Source: Octopus sinensis (Eukaryota). From it: a stretch of DNA of 64,000 nucleotides. This document shows positions 26,401 through 39,149 of this stretch, one piece after another. Location: the NCBI RefSeq assembly GCF_006345805.1, contig NC_043015.1, positions 25,544,001 through 25,608,000 of the forward strand, read 5' to 3'. The notes beneath the pieces were generated by a model, which was not told the DNA's origin, ran no database searches, and saw only the letters and a program-made list of their open reading frames with translations. How positions within the stretch are numbered: the stretch's first letter is position 1; each line of letters opens with the position of its first letter. The position numbers were made by a program, and so were the translations under genes.

Positions 26401-26493
26401 TAGTAATAAATAATAATAACAACAAATAATAATAATAAATAATACATCTGCTAAACAAGCAAGCCTCTTTGTCCTTATTCCACACGAGCTTAC

Positions 26494-26587
26494 ATTCTAT
26501 TGAGAAAACGAATCAGAGTGCACACAATATATTCTGACATTATGTTCTCTTGTCTTGGTGCCAACAATACATTCCTTTTAGTGTCCA
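26494..26587 (-). CDS. Candidate 94-nt exon (DTKRNVLLAPRQENIMSEYIVCTLIRFLNR)
   Basis: Strong pyrimidine-rich acceptor ...ttttgtgtgtgaag| and donor |GTAAGC; one fully open frame; no homolog recognised. Confidence 0.35.
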
Positions 26588-27011
26588 CTTCACACACAAA
26601 AGAAAAAAAAATAATGTATTCTACAGTATATTTTTGATACTTGGGTGAGCTAAGGCCAGTTCGTTCAGCTAAGAATAAAATCGTTAAAAAATAGCATTTT
26701 TCTTCTGCGTGGTCTCGTCGAACATTTCCTTAGAAATAGCAGCCAAATTATCCTGAAATCGTACCTTGCCGTCTTACAAAAAGAAAGGACACATTAAATA
26801 AGGTTTTCCTATTTACACCAAGCCTGTTTTTTCCTCTCTGAGCGTCTTGATCATAGATATGCTTAATCAAGGCAGACTTAGGATTTAAATTAGAACAACA
26901 ACGCAGTAACAACAATAACGACAGCAACTACAGTAATATTATTCGCTAAACAAATATATATACATAATACGATGCGCGCGTGCATACACACACGTGTGTG
27001 TGTGTGTGTAT

Positions 27012-27052
<41 letters not shown>

Positions 27053-27328
27053 GCTATTAGTGAGGGATCATCAATCAGGGAAAAATACTTCGTAAGCTCT
27101 TTAATAATTGTTTAGATGAGTGAAGAACTCCAAGTGTTCTTATGGTAGGGTTCGAGGTTAGAGTTCATTGGCATTCTATATTGTAAATCCGTGGTTGCGC
27201 TCCAGTCAAACTTGCTTTTACACAGAATGGTATATAAGACAAGGTAGAAGTAATGGTCACCGCGCTTATTTTTCCTTTATTAAAGAGATAAAGCAACAAT
27301 ATGTAATGGCCATTATTTATACCTTGTC

Positions 27329-27370
<42 letters not shown>

Positions 27371-27829
27371 ATTTGAAAAAGGAAAAGAATGATTTCACCG
27401 GTAGTTCTAATCCATTTAATTTTTTAATAATACGATTTTACAGTTTTGTTTGTAGAGCTAGTAAGTTCTTTGTTAACTTCGGTGAAGAGAATTTTTAAAG
27501 GTTCCTTGTTATTAACAAACCATACCCCCACCCCCAGAGACACCCAAATCTCTTATATATAGAATCACACAGCACAATACAATCTGAGATCGGTTTGACA
27601 ATCGTCACCGACGAATGCGAGAAAGTTCTCCAGAAAAGTTAAAGAATCTTTAAAAATCTCCCCACCAAAGTTAATAAAGAACTTACTAGCTCTGCAAACC
27701 AAACTGCAAAATTAAATCATATCATATGATTAGAAAATTGAATTGATTAGGACTATCAGTGAAGACATTCTTTTCTCATTTCAAATGCACCTCACTGTAC
27801 CAAGGATTTCACATATTTTCCGATGTATA

Positions 27830-27872
<43 letters not shown>

Positions 27873-27878
27873 ATATAT

Positions 27879-27909
<31 letters not shown>

Positions 27910-28279
27910 TGTATGTGTGTATGAAGATATATAAATATATGTGTATGTGTGTGAGTTTAAATACACATGTATAGCGCTATATCCATATGTATTCATTCTT
28001 TATATAAAATTAGGTCGCACGAGGGACTTTTCGGAAGGCGGGTTGGAGATCGAACTGAATATGTTTTATCGTCTTTTAACAACTCTTTAAGATCCATTCG
28101 CCCCTCGTTCTCACTCAACTGAAAGCCAGGTAAATATAAACATGCATGTCCCTAACTACAAAACTAATTTACGTAATGGGACATGGCTGAGGACAGAACA
28201 ATTATTAATACAATATCAATGCAGTGTGGTGTTAGGAATGAATAAATAGATAAGTAAATAAATTAATATAAATATACTG

Positions 28280-28645
28280 GCGCAGGCGTGGGAAGACGCT
28301 TGGTTCTGGGTTCAGTCCCACTGCGTGGCACCTTGGGCAAAGTGACTTTTACTGTAACCGCGAACCGACCAAAAAGCCTTGAAAGTGGATTTAATAGACG
28401 GAAAGAAGCCTGTCGTGTGTACTGGGGTCGATGTAATTTGTATTTGTCCTCCCACTACAGCTTGGCAACCGGTATTGCTGTGTTTAGGTCCCCGTAACTT
28501 AGCGGTTCAGCAAAAGAGAGCCATAGAGTAATTACAAGGGTTAAAAAAATAAGCATTAGGGTCAATACATTCGACTAAAATTTTTAGGCGGTGCCCCAGC
28601 ATTGCCGCGGTTAAATGACAGAAACAAATTAAAGATAAAAGAGAA
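28280..28645 (+). mobile_element. SINE family 1, full length
   Basis: ggcgcaggc head, ggttcagtcccactgcgtggcacc, gtccccgtaacttagcggttc, ggcggtgccccagcattgccgcgg tail. Confidence 0.85.
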
Positions 28646-29094
28646 AAAATTACTCTAAAGATCGAGTGATGAGGACATGGTGGGATCGGATCTATGTTGA
28701 GACATGGATAACTCAAGAGAGGGGAGTCGCCTGATTTCCAAAGATCTTTCCAGAGACGTTTGTGTTAAGACTTTGCACTTGGAAGTTGAAATTGTAACAT
28801 ATTATTTGCAGAACTTTCTATGGGACTTACTGTTACGATGGGACAAATAACAAAGCAGCGATAGCAACAACAAAAGTGGCTACAAAACTAGCACCATTAC
28901 CACCATCACCACGACAACTATAATAACAAAACAACCGACACAAAAACAATCCCATCAACAACAAAAAAAAACATACAAGAAACCATCATGAAATTTCGTG
29001 CACCACCACTAATAAGAGAAGACATTTATCCATTTTTTGGTGCTATAATTCTCTTGAAATACTTTGCTAAAATAATTGTCATTCTTAACTTTGC

Positions 29095-29870
29095 TTAAGG
29101 CGGCGAGTTGGCAGACGCGTTAGCACGCCGGGCGAAATGCTTTGCAGTGTTTCGTCTGCCGTTACGTTCTGAGTTCAAATTCCAACGAGGTCGACATTAC
29201 CTTTCATCCTTTCGGGGTCGATAAATTAAGCACCAGTTACGCACTGGGATCGATGTAATCGACTTAATCCGTTCGTCTGTCCTTGTTTGTCCCCTCTGTG
29301 TTTAGCCCCTTGTAGGTAGTAAAGAAATAGGTATTTCGCCCGTCATTACGTTCTGAGTTCAAATTCTGCTGAGACCAACTGTATCTTTTCAGAATCGATG
29401 AAATAAGCACTGGGGGCAGATGTTTATGACTTGCCTCTCCACCAAAATTCCAGGCCTTGTTCCTACAGTAGAAATGATAGTACAAAGGATTTTTAAACTG
29501 GTTTAAGGTGGCAATTTGGCAGAACCGTTAGTGTGCCGGACAAAATGTTTAGTGGTTCTTCGTCCGTCTTTATCTTCTCAATATTCAAATTCTGTCATGG
29601 TCGACTTTGCATTTCGGGGTTAAATGAAATAGTTTCAGTCGAGCAACGGGGGTCAATGTAATCAACTCTTTCCCTTCCCTCAAAATTCCAGGCCTTATGC
29701 CTGTAGTGAAAAAAAAAAAAAAGGTTATTATTTCGGTGGTGTTGAGTTCGTATCACAGCGAGGTTAACTTTGCCTTTTATCTCTTCGACGTTGACAAAAT
29801 AAAGTAGCAGTCTAGTAATGGGGTTGACCGTGTCGTTTAAATTCCTCCCTTCAGAATGGATTAACTAGTA
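29095..29870 (+). mobile_element. SINE family 3 cluster; first copy young
   Basis: ggcggcgagttggcagacgcgttagcacgccgggcgaaatgc head followed by repeated modules. Confidence 0.85.
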
Positions 29871-30751
29871 CCTAAATAAAAACCCATTATTAACATTAAA
29901 TTTTGATGGAATGTTTTAAATACTTTTAGAAGGGGAATTTCATATCAAAGAACTAGGAATAGTCTTGGACGTAATTTTTATCAAGAGTTACTCTGTAGGA
30001 GCTTTAAACCGGGCAATGGTGCACGTCTTGCACTCAGTACCCTTTGTAAGCCTACTCTTAAATAAGAAAACTATGGGCGGGGCGAGTTAACGAGGGGTCC
30101 TTCTAGATCAGTGACTACGGACAATTTTATATTCCTCCCTTGCTGCGTGTTGGCATTTTAAATTTCGTTAATAAACCTGTTTAATTTAGTTTTTGATAAA
30201 TGTTTGCATCATACTATGATATTGCAGAGAGATGTTTTTTCTCATATTTTGAATGACAATACCGTGTTATTAATAAGAATGTGATGTCATAAATACATCA
30301 TCACAATGCTTGGTCATCACGTGTTCTATTAGAACTAACGTCTAAATCTTTTCTAAATAACAAAATATTGTTTTAGGAAAAAGAGAAATTTCGCAAAAAG
30401 CGCCTTAAGCATTATTGACGCGACGGAGAAATCTTTGAATTGTTGGCTTATCTTCTTTGAGTTAGTTACAACGAAGATCAATCCAGCAGTGAAACCATTG
30501 TTTAATAACCCGCCAGACTGAAGAAGCGATGTAAAATGAAAAAAAAGAAAAAATTCAATTCAAGAAAATTAGATATAGGCGCAGAAATGACTGTATGGAC
30601 GAGGAGATTGCTTTGCAGGCATGTGGGTTAGGGTTCAACCCTACTGTGCAGCATCTTGGCAAACTCTTCCACTATAACCTTTTGCTGATCAAAGCTGTGT
30701 GAGTGAATTTAGTAGACGGAAACTGTAAGAAAGCCTATATATATATATATC

Positions 30752-30783
<32 letters not shown>

Positions 30784-30789
30784 ATATAT

Positions 30790-31542
30790 CATCACAATCA
30801 AGGAACGGCCATAATAGGCCATTCACCCACTAGAATAACAGCCAAGCTTCAACCGCAAAATAACATTAATTCCGTAAACCAGGAGAAAATTAAAAAACAT
30901 TTACCCTGTAATTTCTTATACGAATGGCCTATTATGGCCGTTCCTTGATTGTGATGTTGAACTTAAAAATGGTCTATGACTATTTAATTTTTTCCCACTA
31001 GGCCGCTGGTGGCAAAACAATTCTACAAAATTTTTTGCCACCCTATATTGATTAATTATGAATTTTCTGGTTAATTCCGTAATGGAATCGGCGGCTTATA
31101 TTTATTTGCTGCCGATAAATTTGGCGCGAGTGCGATGATTTGAAAATTTTTGGTCAGATATTGCCGAGGCAGGGACAGAAATGCCTCGTGAAAATATCTG
31201 TTCCGATCTGGCTATTTCTTACTGACGATTCTAAGGGCCTATGGAAGATTGGCTTGATTTAGTTTAATCAGGTTAGTTTACCATTAAACAGTAGATGAAA
31301 CGGTGCATTGTATAAGAAATTACAGGGTAAATGTTTTTTAATTTTCTCCTGGTTTACGGAATTAATGTTATTTTGCGGTTGAAGCTTTGGCTGTTATTTC
31401 TAGTGGGTGAATGGCCTATTATGGCCGTTCCTTGATTGTGATGTTGAACTTAAAAATGGTCTATGACTATTTAATTTTTTCCCACTAGGCCGCTGGTGGC
31501 AAAAAAATTCTACAAAATTTTTTGCCACCCTATATTGATTAA
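30790..31542 (+). mobile_element. Retrozyme-like non-autonomous element: 134-bp direct repeats 487 bp apart plus a 132-bp inverted 5' segment
   Basis: Direct repeats 30922-31055 and 31409-31542; 30790-30921 is the reverse complement of about 31310-31443; internal hammerhead; flanked by (TA)n on both sides; no ORF. Confidence 0.8.
31214..31320 (+). ncRNA. Type I hammerhead ribozyme with long stem II insertion
   Basis: Stem I ATTTCTTA/TAAGAAAT (8 bp), CTGACGA (31222-31228), TTCTA...TAGAT, GAAA (31297-31300), stem III ACGGTGCATTGT, GUA at 31310-31312. The first stem II pair is a U-U mismatch. Confidence 0.75.
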
Positions 31543-33529
31543 ATATATATATATATATATATATATTAGTTGAAATTTATAGAAAAACAAAAGAGGAAGA
31601 CAGGTGTCTGAACAACAAGCAAGTATATTAGTTTGACGCTCGGCAAAATTGAAAAGGTCGTTTACGTTTCGAGCCTATGCTCATCAAAAGAAAGGAATAA
31701 GAAAATATAAACAGAGAGAGAATGAAAAAGAAACTTGTAGAGTTCAGCGGTCTAACATGGCATATCTGTGTGTGTGTGTGTATGTGTGTGTATGTGTGTG
31801 TATGTGAATGCATGTATTTTTCAATGTATGTGAGGGGGTCTGTGTTTTTCCCCACTTTATTCGACAACCATTGCTAGTTTTTTTACGCCCCCGTAAAGCA
31901 AAAAGAACTATAAAATAAGAACCTTTAAAAACAGTGCCCCAGTATGGTCGCAGTCCAATCACTGAAAAAATTAATAAAATATAAAAATATCAAACTCCAA
32001 ATACCTGGCATTGTGCCTATGTTAGATCAGTGAAACACTGTCTGTGGAACTACCAAATTCCACTGACTTTTGTGTGTCCGGTAACACGTCATCATCGGTA
32101 GATTGTTTCGATCTAATCCGCATCTATTATTGATGTCATCACCTGCACAGTTGTCAGTATCGAATTGCTGTCAAGATTATTATTGTTACTTCTACATCTT
32201 AGAATCGAACTTGATCGAACCGATTAAAGATGACGTACGTCTTGATTGTTTTTAAAACAATTCACATAGGGAACACGATCTGAGTCCTTTCAGTGGGATA
32301 TGGTATTGGTTTTTTCTAAAGGATGGTAAGCTTCGCTCACACGTAATCACCTTTTAGAAGATTAAAAAAAAAAAGAAAAACATTTGTTGTGTGCATTAAT
32401 GGTCGGAGATGAGATAAAGAATACAATAGTATAAACAACACACACAAACATACAATGTCTGAATTTATCCATTCATATGTGTATGTATGTGTATGTATTA
32501 TGTATATATATATCTGAGTGCACGTGGTGTGTGTATGCATACATATATATATTATACACACAGATATACATACATACAAGCATGCATACAGACACACACA
32601 CATGCATGCATAAATACCCGTCTGTATCTGGGTATGTGAGAAGTCAGGCGGCTTAGTGGTTAGGGGCGTTGTACTCCTGATCGTAATATTATGGTTTCTA
32701 TTCTTGGACTGAGCGATGCGTTGAGCAAAACACTTCATTTCACCTTGCCTCAGTTCACTCAACTGGCAAAATTAACCGTTCATCATCCCAGGCGATGTCC
32801 TACCCAGAGGGAGAATATATGCCACAGAATCCGGGGAAACAGCACTTATGAGCCTATTGCTAGGGGCGGATCTCTGATCCTTTTTTGATATTCATTCATT
32901 GATGCACAGAAACAAGACAGGAAATATATTCTCAAGTAGATAAACTGTTTGGAAGAAAAATTGGGAAGAAGAAATTGTATACAACAAATTAATTCATTTT
33001 CTTACTTTTATAAATATCTATATGTGATGAAATAAAAAAAAATAATAAGAGGACCGAGAACCGATCCCGACTTCTCTGCTACGAGAGTACAAAAACAAAA
33101 AGCCAAGATGAAAGTTATAAAACACAACAAAAGATAAAAGAGAAAACATCAAGCTCGGAAAATACTTTTGCAAATAAGATTATCGCGCGCGCACGCGCGC
33201 GCGAGAGAGAGCGGGAAAGAGGGAAGAGAGAGAAGGAAGAGAGAAATACACAAAGACTAGCAAATACATACAAATGGGTGTGCGCGAGTGTTAGTGTGTG
33301 TAAGTATATTTATGGATATATATATATTATATATATATATATATGACATAAGCAGGTATATATACATACATACGCTTATATATATATATATATACATACG
33401 CTTATATATATATATATATACATACGATTATATATATATATATATACATACGATTATATATATATATATATATATATTATACATATATATATATATTTAT
33501 TTTATCTTATTTTATTTTATTTTGTTTTA

Positions 33530-34090
33530 TCTAGTTTCAGCTCACGAGCTGTGGCCATGCTGGGGCACCGCCATTTGGTGTTGCTACATGATTTTACTTC
33601 ACGAATGCTTTTTAGCAACTGCCATTTGGTGCATGAGAGAGTTCGATGCAGCTGCCCTCATCTGCACCTCCTGCCGTGAAGTTGGTTCATCTGGGACACC
33701 TGACAGGAAGAGATCCAGTTTCATTTTAAAGACATCTGCATCCACCCCATGCAGGTCTCTCAGGTTCTTCGGGAGGATATTGAAGAGCTGTGGACCTCTG
33801 AAGCCCAGGCTATCACAGTATCTTGTCCTACATCTTGATGGCAAATTTGGAGTCCTTGGCACCATGCAGTGGCGCCCAGTTCTAGCATTTGTGTAACTCT
33901 CGATGCCAAAGTTTGGGATAAGTCCTTCTAGGATCTTCCAGATGTATATGATGGCATATCTTTCTCGCCTACGCTCTAAGGAATAGAGTCTTAATCTCTT
34001 GAGTCTTTCCCAGTAGCTTATATGCTGCACAGAGGCTATCTTCTTCGTGTAGCTTCGTTGGATGACCTCAAGTTCTGTGATTAACTTGAC
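33530..34090 (-). mobile_element. 3' end of Proto2/CR1-like LINE, family B
   Basis: [10 protein letters not shown]...[11 protein letters not shown]...VPDEP...AASNSL, 3' UTR hairpin and (TAAAA)n tail; both ends abut (TA)n. Confidence 0.92.
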
Positions 34091-34121
<31 letters not shown>

Positions 34122-34506
34122 TATATACATACACATATATATATACATACATATATATATATACACATATATATATACACATATATAATATACAACACAA
34201 CATATATATATATATACACATATATATATATATACACATATATATATATACACATATTATATATAACACACAATATATAACATATATATATATACACACA
34301 TATATATACACACATATATATATACACAACATATAATATACACATATATATATATACATATATATATACACATATATATATACACATATATATATACACC
34401 ATATTATATACACATATATATATATACACATAATATATACACATATATATATATACCACACACATATATATTATATATACATATATATATATATACATAT
34501 ATATTC

Positions 34507-34540
<34 letters not shown>

Positions 34541-34579
34541 GCATATATATATATACATATATATATACATATATATATA

Positions 34580-34927
34580 TAACAAATTAAAATATTCCCA
34601 CATACAACATCCACATTCAACAACAATGAAAAGGCTAGAGCTGGAAAAATTTCATCTGCAGACCGACATGAAAACCTCCATTGAAAATCAAAGAGCTGTA
34701 GAGGAACAGTGGGTAATCAAAAACATCAAACAGAACCCAAAAGTGTTCTATTCTTATGCAAATAAGCATAATTGGATACAACTCACCCAACAAAAACTCA
34801 CTACTTGAATGGACCATAAACAAAACTTGACTTAAACAGGATTCAAATAATCCTATCAGGTGGTGCTATTAAGTTAGACATGGCCTGAACCAATCTTTGG
34901 TCGAAACATATCTAAGTTCATCTAAGT

Positions 34928-34930
<3 letters not shown>
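34580..34930 (+). mobile_element. Internally deleted family A LINE fragment
   Basis: IKNIKQNPKVFYSYANK motif joined to a 3' UTR matching 10310-10380. Confidence 0.75.
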
Positions 34931-34974
<44 letters not shown>

Positions 34975-35199
34975 CATATATATATATATATATACATATA
35001 TATATACATATAAATATATACATATATATATATATACATATATACATATATATATACATATATACATATAGGTACACTCACCATAACGAAGCTAATGTTT
35101 ACAGTAAAATAGCTGAAAAATTAGCAAAACAATCCTTTCACAGATCTGTAAAACAGATCGAAATAAAATAAAAGAGATTGTAAGATCATTTCCTATTTT

Positions 35200-36150
35200 C
35201 CACACGCACATGGCAACACTTGAAGTCATCCTTGTCAATGAATGTAGTGCACCAAATGAACCAACTCCAACAGGTCAGGAGTCACTTCAACGACCGATAG
35301 CCAGCAACAAACAACATCTGACCTAATTCCACCCAACACTACCTTGGCAAGCCAGGACTCACTATCACAACAACAACAGCCTGCTTCTGCTACTACACTG
35401 GAAGCACCTTGTTTGGCACCAGTGTCTGACCCGATTCCACCCAGCCCTACTGTTGCAAGTCAAGTTTCACTGCTGCTACAGCAGCAACAACAACAACAAC
35501 AACAACACTCTGCAACTGCTACTACAATAGGACACTGACCAACGAGCCTGCATGAAAAGAAATACCAGTACTACACCCACGTCAAACACCCTGCCGTTAC
35601 TATTCTCAAGGCAACTGTAGATTTGGCCCAAGCGGCACAAACAACAAGGGACGCTGTGCTTTTTTCCATCCTACCTTATGTCGTAGACTTGTTACGGCCA
35701 CCTGTTCATATGGTATAACGGGAAAAAACTGCCCTCACCTCCACCCTAAATACTGTCCTAAATACAGAATCCATGGTCCTGATCCCAAATATGGATGCAC
35801 AAAAAGCAATGGATGCTCCTTCTTCCAACCTAAACTGTGCCAAACTTTTGTGTCACTAAGGATGTGCTTGAACCCAGAATGCAACCACCACCATCTGAAG
35901 GGCACAAAACGATCGCAAAATAAATATAAACAGCAACAGAGGAGATCTACGACAACAACAAAAACAAAATACAACCACATTTCCCCTCCTACAATCAAAC
36001 AACGAAGACAGAACCATGAAAAACCATAACACCAAATAACATAAACACGAACTATGTATCCTCTGACCAAGTGGCAAACCAAAGAGGCAACTCTTTTTTA
36101 CTGACTTACCTAGAAAATATGATGGCCGACCTAAGCCAGGAGATCCAACG
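35200..36150 (+). pseudogene. LINE ORF1 relic with three CCCH-type zinc fingers
   Basis: Frame from about 35677: CRRLVTATCSYGITGKNCPHLH-PKY-CPKYRIHGPDPKYGCTKSNGCSFFQ-PKL-CQTFVSLRMCLNPECNHHH, preceded by T/P/Q-rich low complexity. Confidence 0.65.
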
Positions 36151-36273
36151 CCACTTGGTCAGAGGATACATAGTTCGTGTTTATGTTATTTGGTGTTATG
36201 GTTTTTCATGGTTCTGTCTTCGTTGTTTGATTGTAGGAGGGGAAACGTGGTTGTATCTTGTTTTTGTTGTTGT
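35952..36273. repeat. Near-perfect 124-bp inverted repeat (35952-36075 / 36150-36273)
   Basis: Arms differ at about 2 positions; 74-nt spacer. Confidence 0.92.
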
Positions 36274-36296
36274 GTCTATATATGTATATATATATG

Positions 36297-36328
<32 letters not shown>

Positions 36329-36434
36329 TATAATATATATATATACATAACATATATATATATACACACACACATATATATACATATATATATATACATA
36401 TATATATATATACTATAAATCCTTAAATCCTTAA

Positions 36435-36776
36435 AAATGTTTTAGCCCGAAGGCCGCGGCCATGCTGAGGCACCACCGCTGAATGAGCTACACTAATTTG
36501 TGAATCCACCTCTGATACGTGGCAATTGATCAACAAGGGAGGTTCGATGCTGCTGCCCGCATCCGCGTCTCATGTCGTGAGGTAGGTTCATCTGGACTCC
36601 CGACAGAGCAGAAGATCCAGTTTAGTTTTAAAGAAACCCACATCCACACTATGTAAGTCTCTCAGGCATTTAGGGAGGATGTTAAAGAGCTGTGGTCCTC
36701 TGAAACCCAAGCTGTTGCAGTATCTGGACTGTATTTTGATGGTGATGTTGGAATCCTTGGCACCATGCAGTGGCCC
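36435..36776 (-). mobile_element. 3' end of a divergent family B LINE subfamily, cut by the gap
   Basis: [24 protein letters not shown]; tail ggtggtgcctcagcatggccgcggccttcgggctaaaac plus (TTAAGGA)n. Confidence 0.85.
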
Positions 36777-36876
36777 NNNNNNNNNNNNNNNNNNNNNNNN
36801 NNNNNNNNNNNNNNNNNNNNNNNNNNNNNNNNNNNNNNNNNNNNNNNNNNNNNNNNNNNNNNNNNNNNNNNNNNNN
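36777..36876. other. Assembly gap (100 N)
   Basis: Directly visible; true size and orientation across it are unknown. Confidence 0.99.
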
Positions 36877-38605
36877 CAATCCAACTGACTTTTTACCACT
36901 GCAGATATAGAATCAGAGGCGGCGACGTTAAATTACATCGATATAAAGGAAGATGAAATGAAAATAGACTCAGCTATTGGCCCCGATGGATTCCCGGCAA
37001 TCCTCCTAAAAGTATGTAGAGAGTCTTAGCAAGACCATTGCAGTTCCTCTTTCAGAGCTTCCTTGCAGCTGGCAAACTTCCAAGAGAACTGAAGGAAGGT
37101 AAAATATGCCATATTCATAAAGGAGGTAGCAGAGCGGAGGCCAAGAACTACAGACCTATCTCTCTGACCTCACACATCAGCAAGGTCATGGAACGAATAG
37201 TCAGAAGGAAACTAATCACCTTCCTTGAAGAAAATGACTTGCTGCCTGACACCCAACATGGTTTCCGACCAGGAAGAAGCTGCTTAACTCAGCTCCTGCA
37301 GCACTATGACTGGGTGCTGAACAACTGCTCAACCACTCAAATGTGGAAGTCATATATCTCGACTTCGCAAAGCCTTCGATAAAGTCGATCATGGAATGAT
37401 ATGTCACAAACTGCGTGATCTTGGCATAGTTGGAAAACTAGGAGAATGGCTTCACGACTTTCTGAAGAATAGAAGTCAGGTGGTAGTAGCCAATGGGGCC
37501 ACTTCCATTAGCACGCAAATAGTGAGCGGTGTTCCACAGGGCACTGTTTTGGGACCACTACTGTTCATAATGGCCCTCTCAGACATGCCCTCAGCCACGC
37601 GGAGAGCCACGATCACAAGTTATGCAGATGATACAAAAGTTTCACAGGCAATACAGAACCCTGAAGACACTAGGCACCTGCAATATGAGCAGGACGAAAT
37701 TACAAGTGGGCTGAAAAGAATAGCATGCAGTTCAATGCTGAAAAGTTTCAAGCTTTATACTATCAGCATGCAAAACTGAATGCAATACCCAGGAATACAC
37801 TGGACCCGGAGGGATTGCAATCCCAGAGGCACAATCAGTGCGTGACCTGGGTATTCACATGAGTGATGACGCGACCTTTCATGTACATGTTGCTAAACTG
37901 ACAATGAAATGCAGACGGCTGGCTGGATGGATTCTTAGAACCTTTAGAACAAGAGAACAAGAAACCATGATGGTCCTCTGGAAGACACTTGTCCTAAGTC
38001 ACTTGTCTTAGCTATGTCTCAGCTATGGTCACCATCCAGTGTCAAGTTGATCACAGAACTTGAGGCGATCCAACGAAGCTACACGAAGAAGATAGCCTCT
38101 ATGCAGAATGTAAGCTACTGGGAAAGACTCAAGAGATTAAAATTATATTCCCTGGAGCGTAGGCGGGAAAGATATGCCATAATATACATCTGGAAGATCC
38201 TGGAGGGAAGTGTCCTGAACTTTGGCATCGAGAGTTACGCAAACGCCAGAACTGGGCGCCACTGCGTGGTGCCTAGGACTCCAAACTTGCCATCAAGATG
38301 TAGGACAAGATTCTGTGATAGCCTGGGCTTCCGAGGCCCACAGCTCTTCAATATCCTCCCGATGAACCTGAGAGACCTGCATGGGGTAGATACAGATGTC
38401 TTTAAAATGGAGCTGGATCTCTTCCTGTCAGGTGTCCCAGATGAACCAACTTCACGGCAGGAGGGGCAGATGAGGGCAGCTGCATCGAACTCTCTCATGC
38501 ACCAAATAGCAGTTGCTAGAAAGCCTCCATGAAGTGAAACCAAGTAGCAACACCAAATGGCGGTGCCCAGCATGGCCACAGCTCATGAGCTGAAACTGGA
38601 ATCAA
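36877..38605 (+). mobile_element. Family B LINE ORF2 (RT and C-terminus) with 3' UTR
   Basis: NYRPISLTSHISKVMER, QHGFRPGRSCLTQL, GVPQGTVLGPLLF, SYADDT; few lesions; (AATC) tail. Confidence 0.95.
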
Positions 38606-38627
38606 TCATATAATATATACATATAAC

Positions 38628-38658
<31 letters not shown>

Positions 38659-39080
38659 CATATATACATTATATATACATATATACATATATACATATAT
38701 ACATATATATATATCATATAACATTATATATATATATACATAATATATATACATATATATAATATATATATATACATATATATATAACATTATATATACA
38801 TATTACGTACATATATATATATATACATATATATATACATATATATATATATACATACATTATATAATATATATACATATTATATATATATATACATTAT
38901 AATATATATACATATATAATATATATATATTACATATATATATATATATATACATATATAATATATATATATATATACATATATACATATATATATATAT
39001 ACATATATACATATATATATATATACATATATACATATATATATATATACATATATACATATATATAATATAACATATCT

Positions 39081-39112
<32 letters not shown>

Positions 39113-39149
39113 CATAATACATATATATATATTATATGCATGATTGATT

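Noticed and set aside
35344-35538. Poly-Q host protein ORF
   Set aside because: Low-complexity part of the LINE ORF1 relic with a (CAA)n expansion.
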